Source of the DNA: a candidate division WOR-3 bacterium
GTDB taxonomy: Bacteria; Hydrothermota; 32-111
Reading direction: 5' to 3'
NCBI GenBank assembly: GCA_037481815.1
Contig: JBBFKX010000003.1
Span: forward strand, 192,001 to 256,000
DNA: 64,000 nt
Both the position numbers and the translations under genes were made by a program. Below are positions 47,337 through 62,600 of the stretch, piece by piece. The notes beneath the pieces were generated by a model. It was given only the letters and a program-made list of their open reading frames with translations. It was not told where the DNA came from and did not search any database. Each line of letters opens with the position of its first letter. Position 1 is the stretch's first letter.

Positions 47337-49318
47337 TCAATACTTCTTTTTATCTCTTTTATTTTATCCCTTAATTTTGCTGCCTTTTCGAATTCAAGTT
47401 CTGCAGCAAATTTGTGCATCTTTTCGGTTAGTTTTTCGATAAGGTCTATTTTTTCAACTGTTGACAATTTTTTGTAATCCTCATCTATCTGACTCTCTAC
47501 TTCTTTTGTAAAGGATGATGCTATATCTGTGATGATAAGTATATCCTCTATCTCTTTTGATATCGTTTTTGGGGTTATATTGTGTTCTTTGTTGTAAAGT
47601 AACTGTTTTTCTCTCCTTCTATTTGTTATCTCAACCGCTTTTCTCATACTTTCGGTTATTCTATCAGCATAGAGTATAACTTTTCCATTAACATTCCTTG
47701 AAGCTCTTCCAATCGTCTGTATCAAAGATGTTTCAGATCTCAAAAAGCCCTCTTTATCAGAATCGAGTATCGCAACAAGCGATACCTCAGGTAAATCGAG
47801 TCCTTCCCTTAAAAGATTGATCCCTACAAGAACATCGAATTCTTTCAATCTTAAACCTCTTATTATACTGACTCTTTCAATCGAATCTATCTCAGAATGC
47901 ATATATTTAACCTTTATTCCCTTATCTTCAAGATATTTAGCAAGTGATTCTGCCATCTTTTTTGTTAATGTTGTTACAAGAACTCTTTCATTTCTTTCAA
48001 CAACCTCTTTTATGTTAACTATAAGATCCTCTATCTGATTTTTTGAACTTTTAATTACAACTTCAGGGTCAACGAGTCCTGTTGGTCTTATGATAAGTTC
48101 AACAACCTCTGTCGCTTTATTTACCTCGTACTCATCGGGTGTCGCTGACATACAGATTATAGGTCCGGTTATTCTTTCAAACTCTTCAAGTTTTAAAGGC
48201 CTGTTATCGAGTGCAGATTTTAATCTGAATCCATACTCAACAAGATTCATCTTTCTTGCCCTATCTCCATTATACATCCCTCTTATCTGTGGAATCGTTA
48301 CATGCGATTCATCAATCACAGTCAAAAAATCTTCTCTGAAATAATCTATAAGAGTGTAAGGTCTTTCCCCTTCTTTCCTTCCATCAATATGTCTTGAATA
48401 ATTTTCAATACCGGGACAGTATCCAACTTCTTTTAAAAGTTCAAGATCGTAGTTCGTTCTCGACACCAACCTTGTCGCTTCGAGTATTTTTCCTTCTTCT
48501 TTCAATTCTTTTTCCCTTTCTTTTAACTCTTTTCTAATCGACACAACAGCCCTTTTTATTCTTTCGTCTGATGTCACGAAATGTTTTGCAGGAAAGAAAG
48601 AAAAAATTTCAAGTTCTTCAATTTTTGAATTATTTATACTATCAAACGTGTATATCTCATCTATTTTTTGATCATCAAAGATTATCTTTACGGGAATATC
48701 AAGGTGCGATGGAAAGATGTCTATCGTGTTTCCCAGTACTCTGAATCTTCCTCTTGAAAAATCTATATCGTTTCTCTGATATTGCATCGTTATAAGTTTA
48801 TCTATCAACCTTTCAAGATTGTAAAAATCTCCCCTTTTGATTGAAAAAATTTGATCATAATAATCTGAAGGTGACCCAAGAGTGTATATTGATGATACAG
48901 AGGCAACAATAATCACATCATTTCTTTCATATAATGAAACAGTTGCTCTTAATCTTAATTTATCAATATACTCGTTTATATCAACCTCTTTTTCTATATA
49001 AATATCTCTATCGGGAAGGTAGGCTTCTGGTTGATAGTAATCATAGTAAGAAATAAAATACTCAACACTGTTTTCAGGAAAGAGAGTTTTCAATTCACCA
49101 TACAGTTGTGCTGCAAGTGTCTTGTTGTGCGAGATTATCAAAGTTGGTTTGTTTAACCTCTCTATAACATTCGCTATCGTGAATGTCTTTCCAGAACCTG
49201 TTATTCCAAGCAGAACCTGATATTTTTTACCATTCAAAACTCCCTCTACAAGTTTGTCTATGGCCTTTTTCTGTTCATCTGAGGGAGAATATTTTGAAAA
49301 TATTTTGAACTTTTTCAT
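47333..49318 (-). CDS. uvrB: Excinuclease ABC subunit B
   Basis: GITGSGKTF, HNKTLAAQL, YYDYYQPEAY, DESH, INLLREGLDLPEV, C-terminal UVR domain. Confidence 0.98.
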   Translation of the reverse strand: MKKFKIFSKYSPSDEQKKAIDKLVEGVLNGKKYQVLLGITGSGKTFTIANVIERLNKPTLIISHNKTLAAQLYGELKTLFPENSVEYFISYYDYYQPEAYLPDRDIYIEKEVDINEYIDKLRLRATVSLYERNDVIIVASVSSIYTLGSPSDYYDQIFSIKRGDFYNLERLIDKLITMQYQRNDIDFSRGRFRVLGNTIDIFPSHLDIPVKIIFDDQKIDEIYTFDSINNSKIEELEIFSFFPAKHFVTSDERIKRAVVSIRKELKEREKELKEEGKILEATRLVSRTNYDLELLKEVGYCPGIENYSRHIDGRKEGERPYTLIDYFREDFLTVIDESHVTIPQIRGMYNGDRARKMNLVEYGFRLKSALDNRPLKLEEFERITGPIICMSATPDEYEVNKATEVVELIIRPTGLVDPEVVIKSSKNQIEDLIVNIKEVVERNERVLVTTLTKKMAESLAKYLEDKGIKVKYMHSEIDSIERVSIIRGLRLKEFDVLVGINLLREGLDLPEVSLVAILDSDKEGFLRSETSLIQTIGRASRNVNGKVILYADRITESMRKAVEITNRRREKQLLYNKEHNITPKTISKEIEDILIITDIASSFTKEVESQIDEDYKKLSTVEKIDLIEKLTEKMHKFAAELEFEKAAKLRDKIKEIKRSID

Positions 49319-50076
49319 ATTTCAACTTCCATACCATCATATGTGGGAAAAATACTTTTTGGTACAATCTTTAACATATCCTCATGTTTTAAAGAATCTG
49401 ATATATGTACCAAAAATCCACTTTCAAATTCAAGAGATTTCACAAAAAAAATAGATTCCGCTATTGAAAAATGAGTTGGATGAGGTCTTGTTCTTAAAGC
49501 GTTGATTATTATATGTTTTCCATATTTTTTTATAAATCTAAAATTTTTTATGTCTATGTAAGAACCATCCATAAGTATCACAAGATCATCGAGAATAAAA
49601 CCTTTCATCTTTATATTTCCATGGTAATAATCAAAAGTTCTCAATGAAAATGGACCAATATTTTTTAACTTTTCAACATCGAAAAAAGAAAATTTTGGCT
49701 TTCCCCCACCTTCCTGTGAACCGTTGAAAACATAAGAATAAACTCTTCTGATTTCTCTTTCAACTTTTTTTGTACAAAAGATTTCCATACTCTTTTTATA
49801 CTTTTTTGAGATCATCCTTGTATCATCAAGTCCAAATATATGATCAGCATGTGCATGTGTAATGAGAATACCATCAATTCTATCAATTTTGCTTTTTAAT
49901 AACTGTTCTCTGAGATCCTGTGAGGCATCTATAAGAAGATTAAAATCATCTTTAATAAGTAATAATCCAGGCCTTGTTCTTTTATCCCTTTTATCATCTG
50001 ACAGACAAACATGACATGAACATCCGATGATTGGAACACCTGTTGATGTACCTGAACCAAGGATTTTGATTTTCAT
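49315..50076 (-). CDS. MBL-fold metallo-hydrolase (PhnP/YycJ-like)
   Basis: LGSGTSTGVP.IGC.C..C, THAHADH, H.TH, VH, YDGM. Confidence 0.92.
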   Translation of the reverse strand: MKIKILGSGTSTGVPIIGCSCHVCLSDDKRDKRTRPGLLLIKDDFNLLIDASQDLREQLLKSKIDRIDGILITHAHADHIFGLDDTRMISKKYKKSMEIFCTKKVEREIRRVYSYVFNGSQEGGGKPKFSFFDVEKLKNIGPFSLRTFDYYHGNIKMKGFILDDLVILMDGSYIDIKNFRFIKKYGKHIIINALRTRPHPTHFSIAESIFFVKSLEFESGFLVHISDSLKHEDMLKIVPKSIFPTYDGMEVEI

Positions 50077-51373
50077 CTCTTTCTCCAGAATAGCAGAATA
50101 TCAAAAATAATATAAATCAGAACAAACAAACAAGATAAAAGTACGTTGTTGAATCTGTTTAACAATGGTGTTGAAACAAGAAGAAAAAAAACTATCAGAA
50201 AATATCTTTTAACAAACATTTTAGATGGAAAGATATCCTTGATAGAAAAAATCGTTATAAAAACTGAAACAACCGTCGCAATAACAAAAGAGAAGGAAAC
50301 GAGAAAGGTATTGAAAAATTTTGCGAATATCAGGGAGAATAAAACTGTTAAAAAAGAATCAAGAAGTGATATCAAAAAAAGTAAAACATTTTTACCTTTG
50401 AGTGAAAGTAAAAAACCAAATGGAATGTTTCTTAAAGGTAAAACCGTGAGATAGACCATAAAAAATCTATATGACTCAACATATCTCTCTGAGAACAAAA
50501 TTTCAATTATTATTTTTGAATTTAGAAAGAAAAATAAAGTTAATATCCCTAAAATTAAAACCGAATACTTTAAAATTTTTTCAAAATCTTTTTTCAACTC
50601 CCCGTTTTTATTTTCCTCGATCTTCTCTTTTATATAGTCCGCTCTTTCATGGAATACTCCCGAAAAAAATCTTGCAACAAGAGGTATCTCAAAACTACCT
50701 GTTGAATAATCAGCAAAACTTTTACCATAATAAAAGAGTGAAACCACAAATTTATCTATCTGTTTTGAAACACTCCCCAGTACTCCATTAAAATATAATG
50801 GCAAAGAAAATTTTATTATCTCTTTTTTATCATATTTTTTATTCTTTCTGTTGATAAAAAATGTCAACAGGAGATAGAAAACAATTTTTATAAACGCAAG
50901 ATACAGAAGGTAAACAAAAAATTTATACTCATTATCCTTGAAAAGAAAAACAATAAAAACTGGAATAAAGAATGATAACGATTCAAAAATATTTAAAAGA
51001 ACCGAAACAAGAGGAGTTCTTAATGAAAGTGATGTTGCTTCACATACGAGAAAAAAGATAGAAGAAAATGAAACTATGAAAGATAAAGGGATCAAAAACG
51101 ATTTTGAAATTAAAAATAGTATAAAGAAAAAAATCAAAAGGAAAAAGAAAGATATCGCGTAAATCTGAAAAATATTTTTATTATCTCTTTCTCTGAAATA
51201 ATAAAGTGTGTTTGTTGCCGGTACACCTGCAATGTTTATCCCTATCAAAAAGTACAGAATAAATTCCCTGAAATTTATATAAAAATCAACAGAGAACAAT
51301 CTTGAGCATATTACGGTTAACATAAAAATGATTATCGAGTAAAGAACTCTTCCTGAACCAACGAGTAAAGATT

Positions 51374-51377
<4 letters not shown>
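50073..51377 (-). CDS. Polysaccharide flippase/biosynthesis membrane protein (Wzx/MOP-like)
   Basis: About 12 TM helices; FSLPL...KQIDKFVVS...FADYSTG.FEIP; adjacent to wzi. Confidence 0.75.
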
Positions 51378-54812
<3,435 letters not shown>

Positions 54813-54813
54813 T

Positions 54814-57800
54814 TTACCTCCTGAATATGTATTTAACGCTGTCAACATCAAAGATATCCTGAATCTTCAAAAATAGTTGTGTTGTTGGATTTATCTTATA
54901 TTTTTTAGATCTTATAGTCAAACTCTGTTCTGAATCGTAAACTTTAAAGTAAAGATTTTTTTCTCCCTTAAAATTTTTCAATACATTTTCAAGTTCATCA
55001 AACTCACCATTCTTATAAGAATCTGATGGTAAACTTATCTCGATTCCATCTATCATATCTTTTATCTGATTTAAAGTATAGACCTTTTCAACGACAATCT
55101 TTACCTCAATATCCTTATCACTTTTAGAAACTCTACCTTCTATTACTACCTGTTGATCATCAAAAAGAATTTTTGAGTACTCTTCGAGTTTATTTGAAAA
55201 AATCATGCAATCAAGGTATCCCTCAAGTGTAAAAATTTTAAAATTCGCATAGTAAACACCAGATTTTGCCTTTTTCTTTGAGAAATCTGTAACTATACCC
55301 ATGACTGTAACAAAAGTATCATTCTGCATATCTTTAATATCTTCGTTTGAAGCGGAAACGATAGATCTATATATCTCTCTTTCTTTCTCTATCGGATGTC
55401 CTGAAAGATAGAATCCAAGAACTTCTCTTTCATACATCAAGGTTGTCTCTTTATCCCATTTTTTTTGATTCACAAGTTTCTTTTTCCAGTCATCAAAAGA
55501 TGGATCAACCGTAGAAGCGAACAGGTTCATCATTCCACTCTCTTCCTCTTTTTTCTTGCTCTGGGCTAAATTCATAAGGGGTGAAAGATTTTCAAAAAGT
55601 GTATCTCTGCTGATTTTCAACGAATCAAAGACCCCTGCCTTTATCAACGATTCTATCGCCTTCTGGTTAACGGTTGTTGTGTTAACTCTTAAAAGAAAAT
55701 CCATAAAATCCTTAAATTTTCCTTCACTTCTTGAGTTCACTATTTCCCTAACTGCATTCTCTCCAACATTTTTAATAACTCCCATTCCCAACCTCAAAGA
55801 ATCGTTTTCGACTTTCACATAAAAATCTGAACTGTTAATATCTGGAGGGAGTATTGGAATCCCCATATCTTTAACTTCAGAGATGTAAAAAACGATATCT
55901 TTTATATTCGATATATAAGAATTTATAACGGAGCACATATATTCAACAGGGTAATGGGCTTTTAAATATGCCGTAAAATATGAGAGTAGACCGTAAACTG
56001 TTGCATGTGATTTGTTGAATCCATAACCTGCAAACTTAGCCATTATCTCAAAGATTTCATAAGCGAGTTCTTCAGGAATTCCCTGTTTCACTGCACCATC
56101 AACAAATCTTTTCGTGTATCTATCCATTATCGTAGGGTCTTTTTTACCCATCGCTTTTCTTAAAGTGTCAGCCTCAGCAAAAGTGAACCCACCAAGCATG
56201 TTAGCCATCTGCATAACCTGTTCCTGGAACAATGGATGACCAAAAGTTTCTTTTAGTATCGGTTCAAGTTTTGGATGTTTATATGTTATTTCTTCTTTTT
56301 TATTCTTTCTTTTTATTATACTTTCCTTCTGTTCTGGTCCAAGAGGTCCAGGCCTATAGAACGCTATGATGTTGATTATATCGTTAAACTCTGTCGGTTT
56401 GTATCTTTTCAAAAGATCCCTCATCCCTGCACTTTCAAGCTGGAACACTCCTATCGTCTTTCCACTCTGTAAAAGTTCATAGGTTTTCTTATCATCAAGA
56501 GGTAAAGCGTAAAGATCTATATTAACATTTTTTTCTTTCAAAAGATCAAGTGTGAATTCGATCACGGAAAGTGTTGTCAGTCCCAAGACATCTATTTTTA
56601 CAAGACCAATTTTTTCTATGCAGTTTTTTTCAAATTGGGTCACAATACCGTTATCATCAGAAGATTGTTTCCATACTGGAACGAAATCTGTCACAGGTCC
56701 AGGAGTTATAACTATTCCAGCGGCATGTTTTGATACATGTCTTTTGTTCTTCTCAAGACCAATTGCGAGGTTTAATACTTTTTCATACTCCTCTTTTCCA
56801 CCTGTCAACTCTTTCCAGTTTGTTATCTCATTTTTTCCCTCTTCGAGTGAAATATCTGGAGGTAATTTTTTGGTGATATTCTTTACCTCTGAAGGTGGAA
56901 GCCCGAAAACTCTCGCAACATCTGTAAACACCTGTCTTGATTTTAGGTTGTTAAATGCAGCGATCTGTGCAACATTCTCGTTTCCATATTCTTCGATCAA
57001 AAGGTTTATAAGTTTGTCTCGATCTTTATCTGAAATATCTATATCAACATCAGGCATGGAAACTCTATCCGGATTTAAAAATCTTTCAAAATATAAACCA
57101 TAATCGAGTGGATTCACCTTTGTAACATCGAGAAGATACAAAACAAGTGAACCTGCCGCAGAACCTCGGCCTGGTCCAACGGGAATATTATTTTCTCTTG
57201 CCTTTTTAACCAGATTATAGATTATTATAAAATATCCTGAATAATTCATTCTCTCTATAACATCCATTTCAAATTTCACGCGTTCAAGCACTTCTTTTGG
57301 TGGATTTCCTTTAAACTTTTTCTCAAGACCCCGATTTACAAGAAATTCAAGATAATTTTTTTCATTTTCAAACTCATCGGGGATCGAAATTTTTGGCATT
57401 TTAAAGTTTTTACCTGTAGTGTCGATCGATACATTACATCTTTCAGCAATTTTAACACTGTTTTCAAGTGCAAGAGGAAGATCTTTAAAAAGGGTGTTCA
57501 TCTGTTCTTTTGATTTTAAATAAAACTCCTTTGAAGAGAATTTTAACCTTCTTTCATCACTTAACACTGTTCCCGTCTGAAGGCACAAAAGAACATCATG
57601 TATCTCATAATCCTCTTCGTTAAGATAATGAACATCATTCGTTGCGACATAACCGATTCCAAGTTTTTCAGAAATTTCTAATTGTTTTTCGATTATGAGT
57701 TGATCATCAACCATACCAACTCTCATAAGTTCAAGGAAGAAATTGTCTTTTCCAAAAAATTCAATATATCTTTTTGCTGCATTTAAAGCATCTTCAAATC

Positions 57801-58257
57801 TGTTTTCAAGGATATAATTTTGTACTTCCCCTTTCCGGCATGCTGAAAGCCCGATCAACCCTTTTGAATGTTTTTTCAGAAGGTTGTAATCTATCCTCGG
57901 TTTATATCTGAAACCTTTTATATACGCCTCAGAAGAAAGTTTTATAAGATTTTTATAACCAGCATCATTTTCAGCAAGAATTAAAAGGTGAAAATTTTTA
58001 TCATCATTTTTAACATTTTCGTTTCCATCCTTTTCAAGATCTTTTACAATGTAAAATTCCTGCCCTATTATCGGTTTGATACCATTTTTCACACATTTAT
58101 CGTAAAACTCGATTATCCCGAAAAGGTTACCATGATCTGTGATCGCAAGTGAGGAATAATCGAGTTCAAGAGCCCTTTTTATAAGTTTGTCAAGATTTAT
58201 CGCTCCATCGAGCAAGGAGTATTCCGTGTGAAGATGGAGATGGACGAAATCTTTCAT
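54814..58257 (-). CDS. dnaE: DNA polymerase III alpha subunit
   Basis: PHP HLHLHTEYSLLDG, GPGRGSAAGS, FERFLNPDRVSMPDVDID, GVFQLES, GYGFNKSH, OB fold; no intein-sized insertion. Confidence 0.98.
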   Translation of the reverse strand: MKDFVHLHLHTEYSLLDGAINLDKLIKRALELDYSSLAITDHGNLFGIIEFYDKCVKNGIKPIIGQEFYIVKDLEKDGNENVKNDDKNFHLLILAENDAGYKNLIKLSSEAYIKGFRYKPRIDYNLLKKHSKGLIGLSACRKGEVQNYILENRFEDALNAAKRYIEFFGKDNFFLELMRVGMVDDQLIIEKQLEISEKLGIGYVATNDVHYLNEEDYEIHDVLLCLQTGTVLSDERRLKFSSKEFYLKSKEQMNTLFKDLPLALENSVKIAERCNVSIDTTGKNFKMPKISIPDEFENEKNYLEFLVNRGLEKKFKGNPPKEVLERVKFEMDVIERMNYSGYFIIIYNLVKKARENNIPVGPGRGSAAGSLVLYLLDVTKVNPLDYGLYFERFLNPDRVSMPDVDIDISDKDRDKLINLLIEEYGNENVAQIAAFNNLKSRQVFTDVARVFGLPPSEVKNITKKLPPDISLEEGKNEITNWKELTGGKEEYEKVLNLAIGLEKNKRHVSKHAAGIVITPGPVTDFVPVWKQSSDDNGIVTQFEKNCIEKIGLVKIDVLGLTTLSVIEFTLDLLKEKNVNIDLYALPLDDKKTYELLQSGKTIGVFQLESAGMRDLLKRYKPTEFNDIINIIAFYRPGPLGPEQKESIIKRKNKKEEITYKHPKLEPILKETFGHPLFQEQVMQMANMLGGFTFAEADTLRKAMGKKDPTIMDRYTKRFVDGAVKQGIPEELAYEIFEIMAKFAGYGFNKSHATVYGLLSYFTAYLKAHYPVEYMCSVINSYISNIKDIVFYISEVKDMGIPILPPDINSSDFYVKVENDSLRLGMGVIKNVGENAVREIVNSRSEGKFKDFMDFLLRVNTTTVNQKAIESLIKAGVFDSLKISRDTLFENLSPLMNLAQSKKKEEESGMMNLFASTVDPSFDDWKKKLVNQKKWDKETTLMYEREVLGFYLSGHPIEKEREIYRSIVSASNEDIKDMQNDTFVTVMGIVTDFSKKKAKSGVYYANFKIFTLEGYLDCMIFSNKLEEYSKILFDDQQVVIEGRVSKSDKDIEVKIVVEKVYTLNQIKDMIDGIEISLPSDSYKNGEFDELENVLKNFKGEKNLYFKVYDSEQSLTIRSKKYKINPTTQLFLKIQDIFDVDSVKYIFRR

Positions 58258-59075
58258 TTTTCTTTTGCCTTTCCTAAATCCTTTACAAGTAATCTATTTA
58301 TCCTGTGCTTATGTGTCTCAAGAATTTTTATCTCATAGTTATCAATTGTAATGACCTCTCCTTTTCTTGGCAGATGCTCAAGTTTTGAAACAACAAATCC
58401 ACCGATCGAATTAACATCTTCTGAAACGAATTTTGAACCGATATTTTCGTTAAAATCATCAAGGTTCATCATTCCTGATACAAGATAGGTGTTTTCGTCT
58501 ATTTTTTTGTAATCTATGTCCTCTTTTTCAAGTTCATCCTGAATCTCTCCAACGATCTCTTCAATAATATCTTCCATCGTTACTATACCTGCAACACCAC
58601 CATATTCATCTATAACAATTGCAATCGAGATATGGTTTTTTTGAAACTCTCTCAAAGCTGAAAGTGCCGACTTCGTTTCGGGAACAAAATATGGAGGCCT
58701 TACGATTTCAACCGCGTACAGTTCTTTTTGATTTTTGAAAAATTTCAAAATATCTTTTGAATAGATTATCCCAACAATGTTATCAATGTTCCCCTGATAG
58801 ACAACTATTCTTGATTTTCCGGTTTTATTTATGAGTTCAACCACATCGCTTAAACTCTCATCAAAAGGAACCGCTTTAACATCAACTCTTGGAACCATTA
58901 TTTCACCGATCAAGGTTTCTTCAAGTTCAAATATACCTTCCACAAGATCCTTTTCATCATCAGAGATTATTTTTTTCTCCTCGGATTCCTCTATCATCTC
59001 CTTTATAAACTGTTCTTTTGTATTTGGATTCTTACCAAAAAGTATTTTAAGAATCTCTTTTAATTTCCCTTCCAT
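58254..59075 (-). CDS. CorC/HlyC-family CBS-pair + CorC_HlyC protein
   Basis: EIMVPRVD, SRI.VY, FVPETK, VIDEYGGVAGIVTMEDIIEEIVGEI. Confidence 0.92.
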   Translation of the reverse strand: MEGKLKEILKILFGKNPNTKEQFIKEMIEESEEKKIISDDEKDLVEGIFELEETLIGEIMVPRVDVKAVPFDESLSDVVELINKTGKSRIVVYQGNIDNIVGIIYSKDILKFFKNQKELYAVEIVRPPYFVPETKSALSALREFQKNHISIAIVIDEYGGVAGIVTMEDIIEEIVGEIQDELEKEDIDYKKIDENTYLVSGMMNLDDFNENIGSKFVSEDVNSIGGFVVSKLEHLPRKGEVITIDNYEIKILETHKHRINRLLVKDLGKAKEK

Positions 59076-59682
59076 CTTTTATCTCTCCATTTCTATTTAT
59101 AAATAAACCACTCGTTACTATTATATTGAACGCTTCTTCAAGAGTAAAATCGGTTTCGATAATATCTTTTTTCTTTACAACAGCAAAAAATCCAGATGTC
59201 GGGTTTGGTGATGTTGGAATAAAAATTGATAATGCTTCTTCTCCATCGATAAACCATTTTTCATCGTTCGTTACAAATCCTATTGTATACATATCCCTGT
59301 TAAAATAGTTTACAAAAACAACCCTTTTGAACGATTTCTTTTTCTGTTGAAAGAGTTGGTTTACGATTTCCTTTGTAGGCATATAAATATTTTTTACAAA
59401 AGGTGTTGAAAGAAGAACATTTTCAAAGAAAGAGATAAGATATTTTCCAATGTACATCTCTCCTATATAACCTAGAATTATAATTAAAATCATTGAAAGA
59501 ACAAAGCCAATAAAATTTATCACAAAAACGGGGAGATTCCTGACATAAGGAATACTTTTAAAAATGAATCCCCAGAATCCTCCCAATTTTGAAATCACAA
59601 ATGTAACAAAAAGTACGGTCACAAAAAGTGGAACTATTACTAAAATTCCAGAGATAAAAAGTTGTTTTATTCTTTGTTTCAT
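59047..59682 (-). CDS. DUF502 membrane protein
   Basis: Two TM helices; P.VK.IY, F.RVV.V, FIPTSPNPTSGF. Confidence 0.92.
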   Translation of the reverse strand: MKQRIKQLFISGILVIVPLFVTVLFVTFVISKLGGFWGFIFKSIPYVRNLPVFVINFIGFVLSMILIIILGYIGEMYIGKYLISFFENVLLSTPFVKNIYMPTKEIVNQLFQQKKKSFKRVVFVNYFNRDMYTIGFVTNDEKWFIDGEEALSIFIPTSPNPTSGFFAVVKKKDIIETDFTLEEAFNIIVTSGLFINRNGEIKDGREIKRDS

Positions 59683-59686
59683 AATA

Positions 59687-62600
59687 TCATTTTATAAGTA
59701 AAATTTTATCTTTAAACAAGACCTTTTCATTTTCAAACATCACAAAATATACACCATTTGAAAAATTTTTCAAATCAAAAGTGAAACTGCTTCTGTTTTC
59801 GAATGTGAAATTTTTAATAACTCTTCCGTCGATAGATAAAATTTTAACTTTCCACACACCTTTGAGTCCCTTAAAATAATATGTTAACTTATCTTTGTTT
59901 ATAATGGTTGTATCGGCTCTAACTATACCTGTTGTTTCAGAGTAGAAGAATTTTGGTTTTACCTTAACATAACTTATAAAAACTCCACTATCGGTTATCA
60001 CAGAATCGCTTCTGAATACAAATTGTAATTTCACCTTTTCAACAGAATCGACCTTCATATTGTAAACTTTCCATCCTTTTACAATAAGCGATGAGTCCTT
60101 TGTCAAAGCACCCCCTGAGGATATAAAATCGAGTATCTTTGTCGAGTCATCTTTCAAAAGATTTATAAATATTCCATCAACATTGAAAATCGGCTGAGAG
60201 TTGTAAAATTCAAGAACCGGAAGTTTTGTATATATGTAAACAGAACATAACGTTTGTGGATAGATATAAAATTCTTGCGAGGTTATTGTATCTGCCATAT
60301 TGTTGAAATAACCCGTTTCGTTCCCCGGGTGAAGATTCTGATTTTTTGTTATGATCCAATTTGAAGTATATTTTTCCCATTTTGAAAGATCTCCGATAAA
60401 ATCATCGTAAAAAGAATATTCTCCGTTGTTTAAGTAATCTGTTTTTTGACCAAGGAGTGTATCGTTTTTGTAAATGTAAAAAGAAAATTTTAAATTTTCT
60501 TCCCCCGTGGGAACACCACATAAAAAAGTTTTTTGTAATGTGCTATCAAAATTTTCAAAAAATATGGTATCAAGAAGATTGAAAGAACCCTGAAGAACAA
60601 CTCTGAACTTTGCGTTTTCAACTTTGGGACTTTTTTCTTTTTTAATTTTTATGTTAAAGTTTGAGTTTGAAAAGTAAAGGTTTTCAACAACTAAATTCAA
60701 TTTATGAATTTTTAAAAATATTGTATCATCTAATATATTATCAATATAAAGATGAAGGGTATCTATATTTCCGTTCGACGATAATGGAACATACATTATA
60801 GAATCAGTTGAATTACCCTGTAAAACAAATTCTTCATTCACAAATTTTGAAATCAGTTTAATATTATGTGGAGTTAGATCAGAATTTTTTATCTTCAAAT
60901 AGTTGTTTGAACCTGAAAACAAACTGTCTGAAAAGATCGAGACATTGTTTGTTCCAACATTTTTCAAAACCAGGGAATCATAGACAGTTTTATAATTCAC
61001 CCTGCTTGCAACAAAGTATATATAATCACTATCATTTATTCCTGTGGTTGAAAAACTTATATACCCGTTACCATCGGTGTTCCCTCTTCTTAAAATCGTA
61101 TCTTTCGAAAAACATATCAAAACATTACTTACAGGATGATTGTTCTGATCTCTAACAAAAACTTCTAAAAAATCTGAATTCTTTTTAAAAACCACATTCA
61201 AATTTTCAGGATTTTTTGTAAATATTGGAAGTTCTGGATCACCAAAATAGTTTAACTGATAAATATGCCATCTGTAGAGATTTTCACTATACGAAAAAGG
61301 TTCGATTTCGCTTTTCACCTGGTTTAAAATTTCTGATGGTCTTTTAGATTCACTTTCCTGAAAAAGAATCTGGAAAAACCTGTAATCAAGTATCTCAGAA
61401 ACACCATACCCCGGATAACCAGGAGCACCCCATCCATACCTTGAATTTGTGATAAGAGAGATAAATCCACCTGTTGGAGAATCCTGAAAATTTTCTGTTA
61501 TCGAATGCAGAATATATGTAGTATCCTCTCGATCAAAAGCCCCCACCCAGCATCCTATTGAATAGAAAAGTCCAGTTTTACTTCCGTTGGTCAAAGTTGT
61601 TGCATCACCTCTCGTGATTGCAGTTTTATAATCAACCCATACACCTTTAAAAGAACCGTGTCCATTGTGGTTAACTATGTTGTATCCCATATCAAGAGAA
61701 TCAAGAATATCTGACTTTCCAATATGTCCCAAATCTTCATAAAATTTTAAAAGATGAAAATCGGAAGGAATGATATCGTTGTCTATCATATCCTTGGCAA
61801 CACCACCAGAGGTCATCGGATCATCCCAGAGAACCATCCCAAGAAAAACACCTCTTGAAAGGTGTTCAGTATTCTTTACAAGATCATAATCTATTATCCT
61901 TGAGATTATTGGAGATGGACCATAATAAATCGTGTCAAAAAGTATTCTTCCAACAACAACCTCTGGAACAAGATCTGAGGAATCTTCAACCTCTCCCCAA
62001 ACACCGTCTCCGTCGAAATTAAAGTTTCCATCAAGGTTTGAATAATATATATCTGAAGGTATCGAGTCCTCATCAGGATAATAGTCAGCATTACAGTTCA
62101 TAGCGTAAAGCCGTCTGACAGGTATAATCGCTCTATCACCTCCAAGCAAAAGGTATTTGAACCCGTTTGTGTTATATTCGTCTATTATGTAATTCCTTAT
62201 CTTTTCAGCACTATCAACTCCAGAATAGTATGGGAGTATCGATTCGATAAAACTCAACTTCGTTTTATACCCTTTTTTCGTTTTCCAATCTTTAAGGCGG
62301 GAAAAAATCGAATCATACTTTATCGAAGTGATTATCAGATAATCGTATAAAGAATTTTCTTTCTTTTCTACAGATAAAATTTTTGAACATGAAACAGTTG
62401 CCTTCTCATAAGAAAATATCTTCCCATCTTTAATAAAATATGGAAATATTTTTACAGAATTTTTTAGAGGAGAATATTCAAAATACACTTTCAATTCACC
62501 TTTGAACAATTTTTCCTGTTCAACTTTTCTTACAGATAAGGGTTGTTGAGAAAAACTTATCAATTTATAATCTTTAACTTCAAAAGGATTTTCAAATTCA

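Noticed and set aside
54814..58257. Possible intein or split in dnaE
   Set aside because: The length (1147 aa) and contiguous motifs are normal, with no C...HN splice motifs or insertion.
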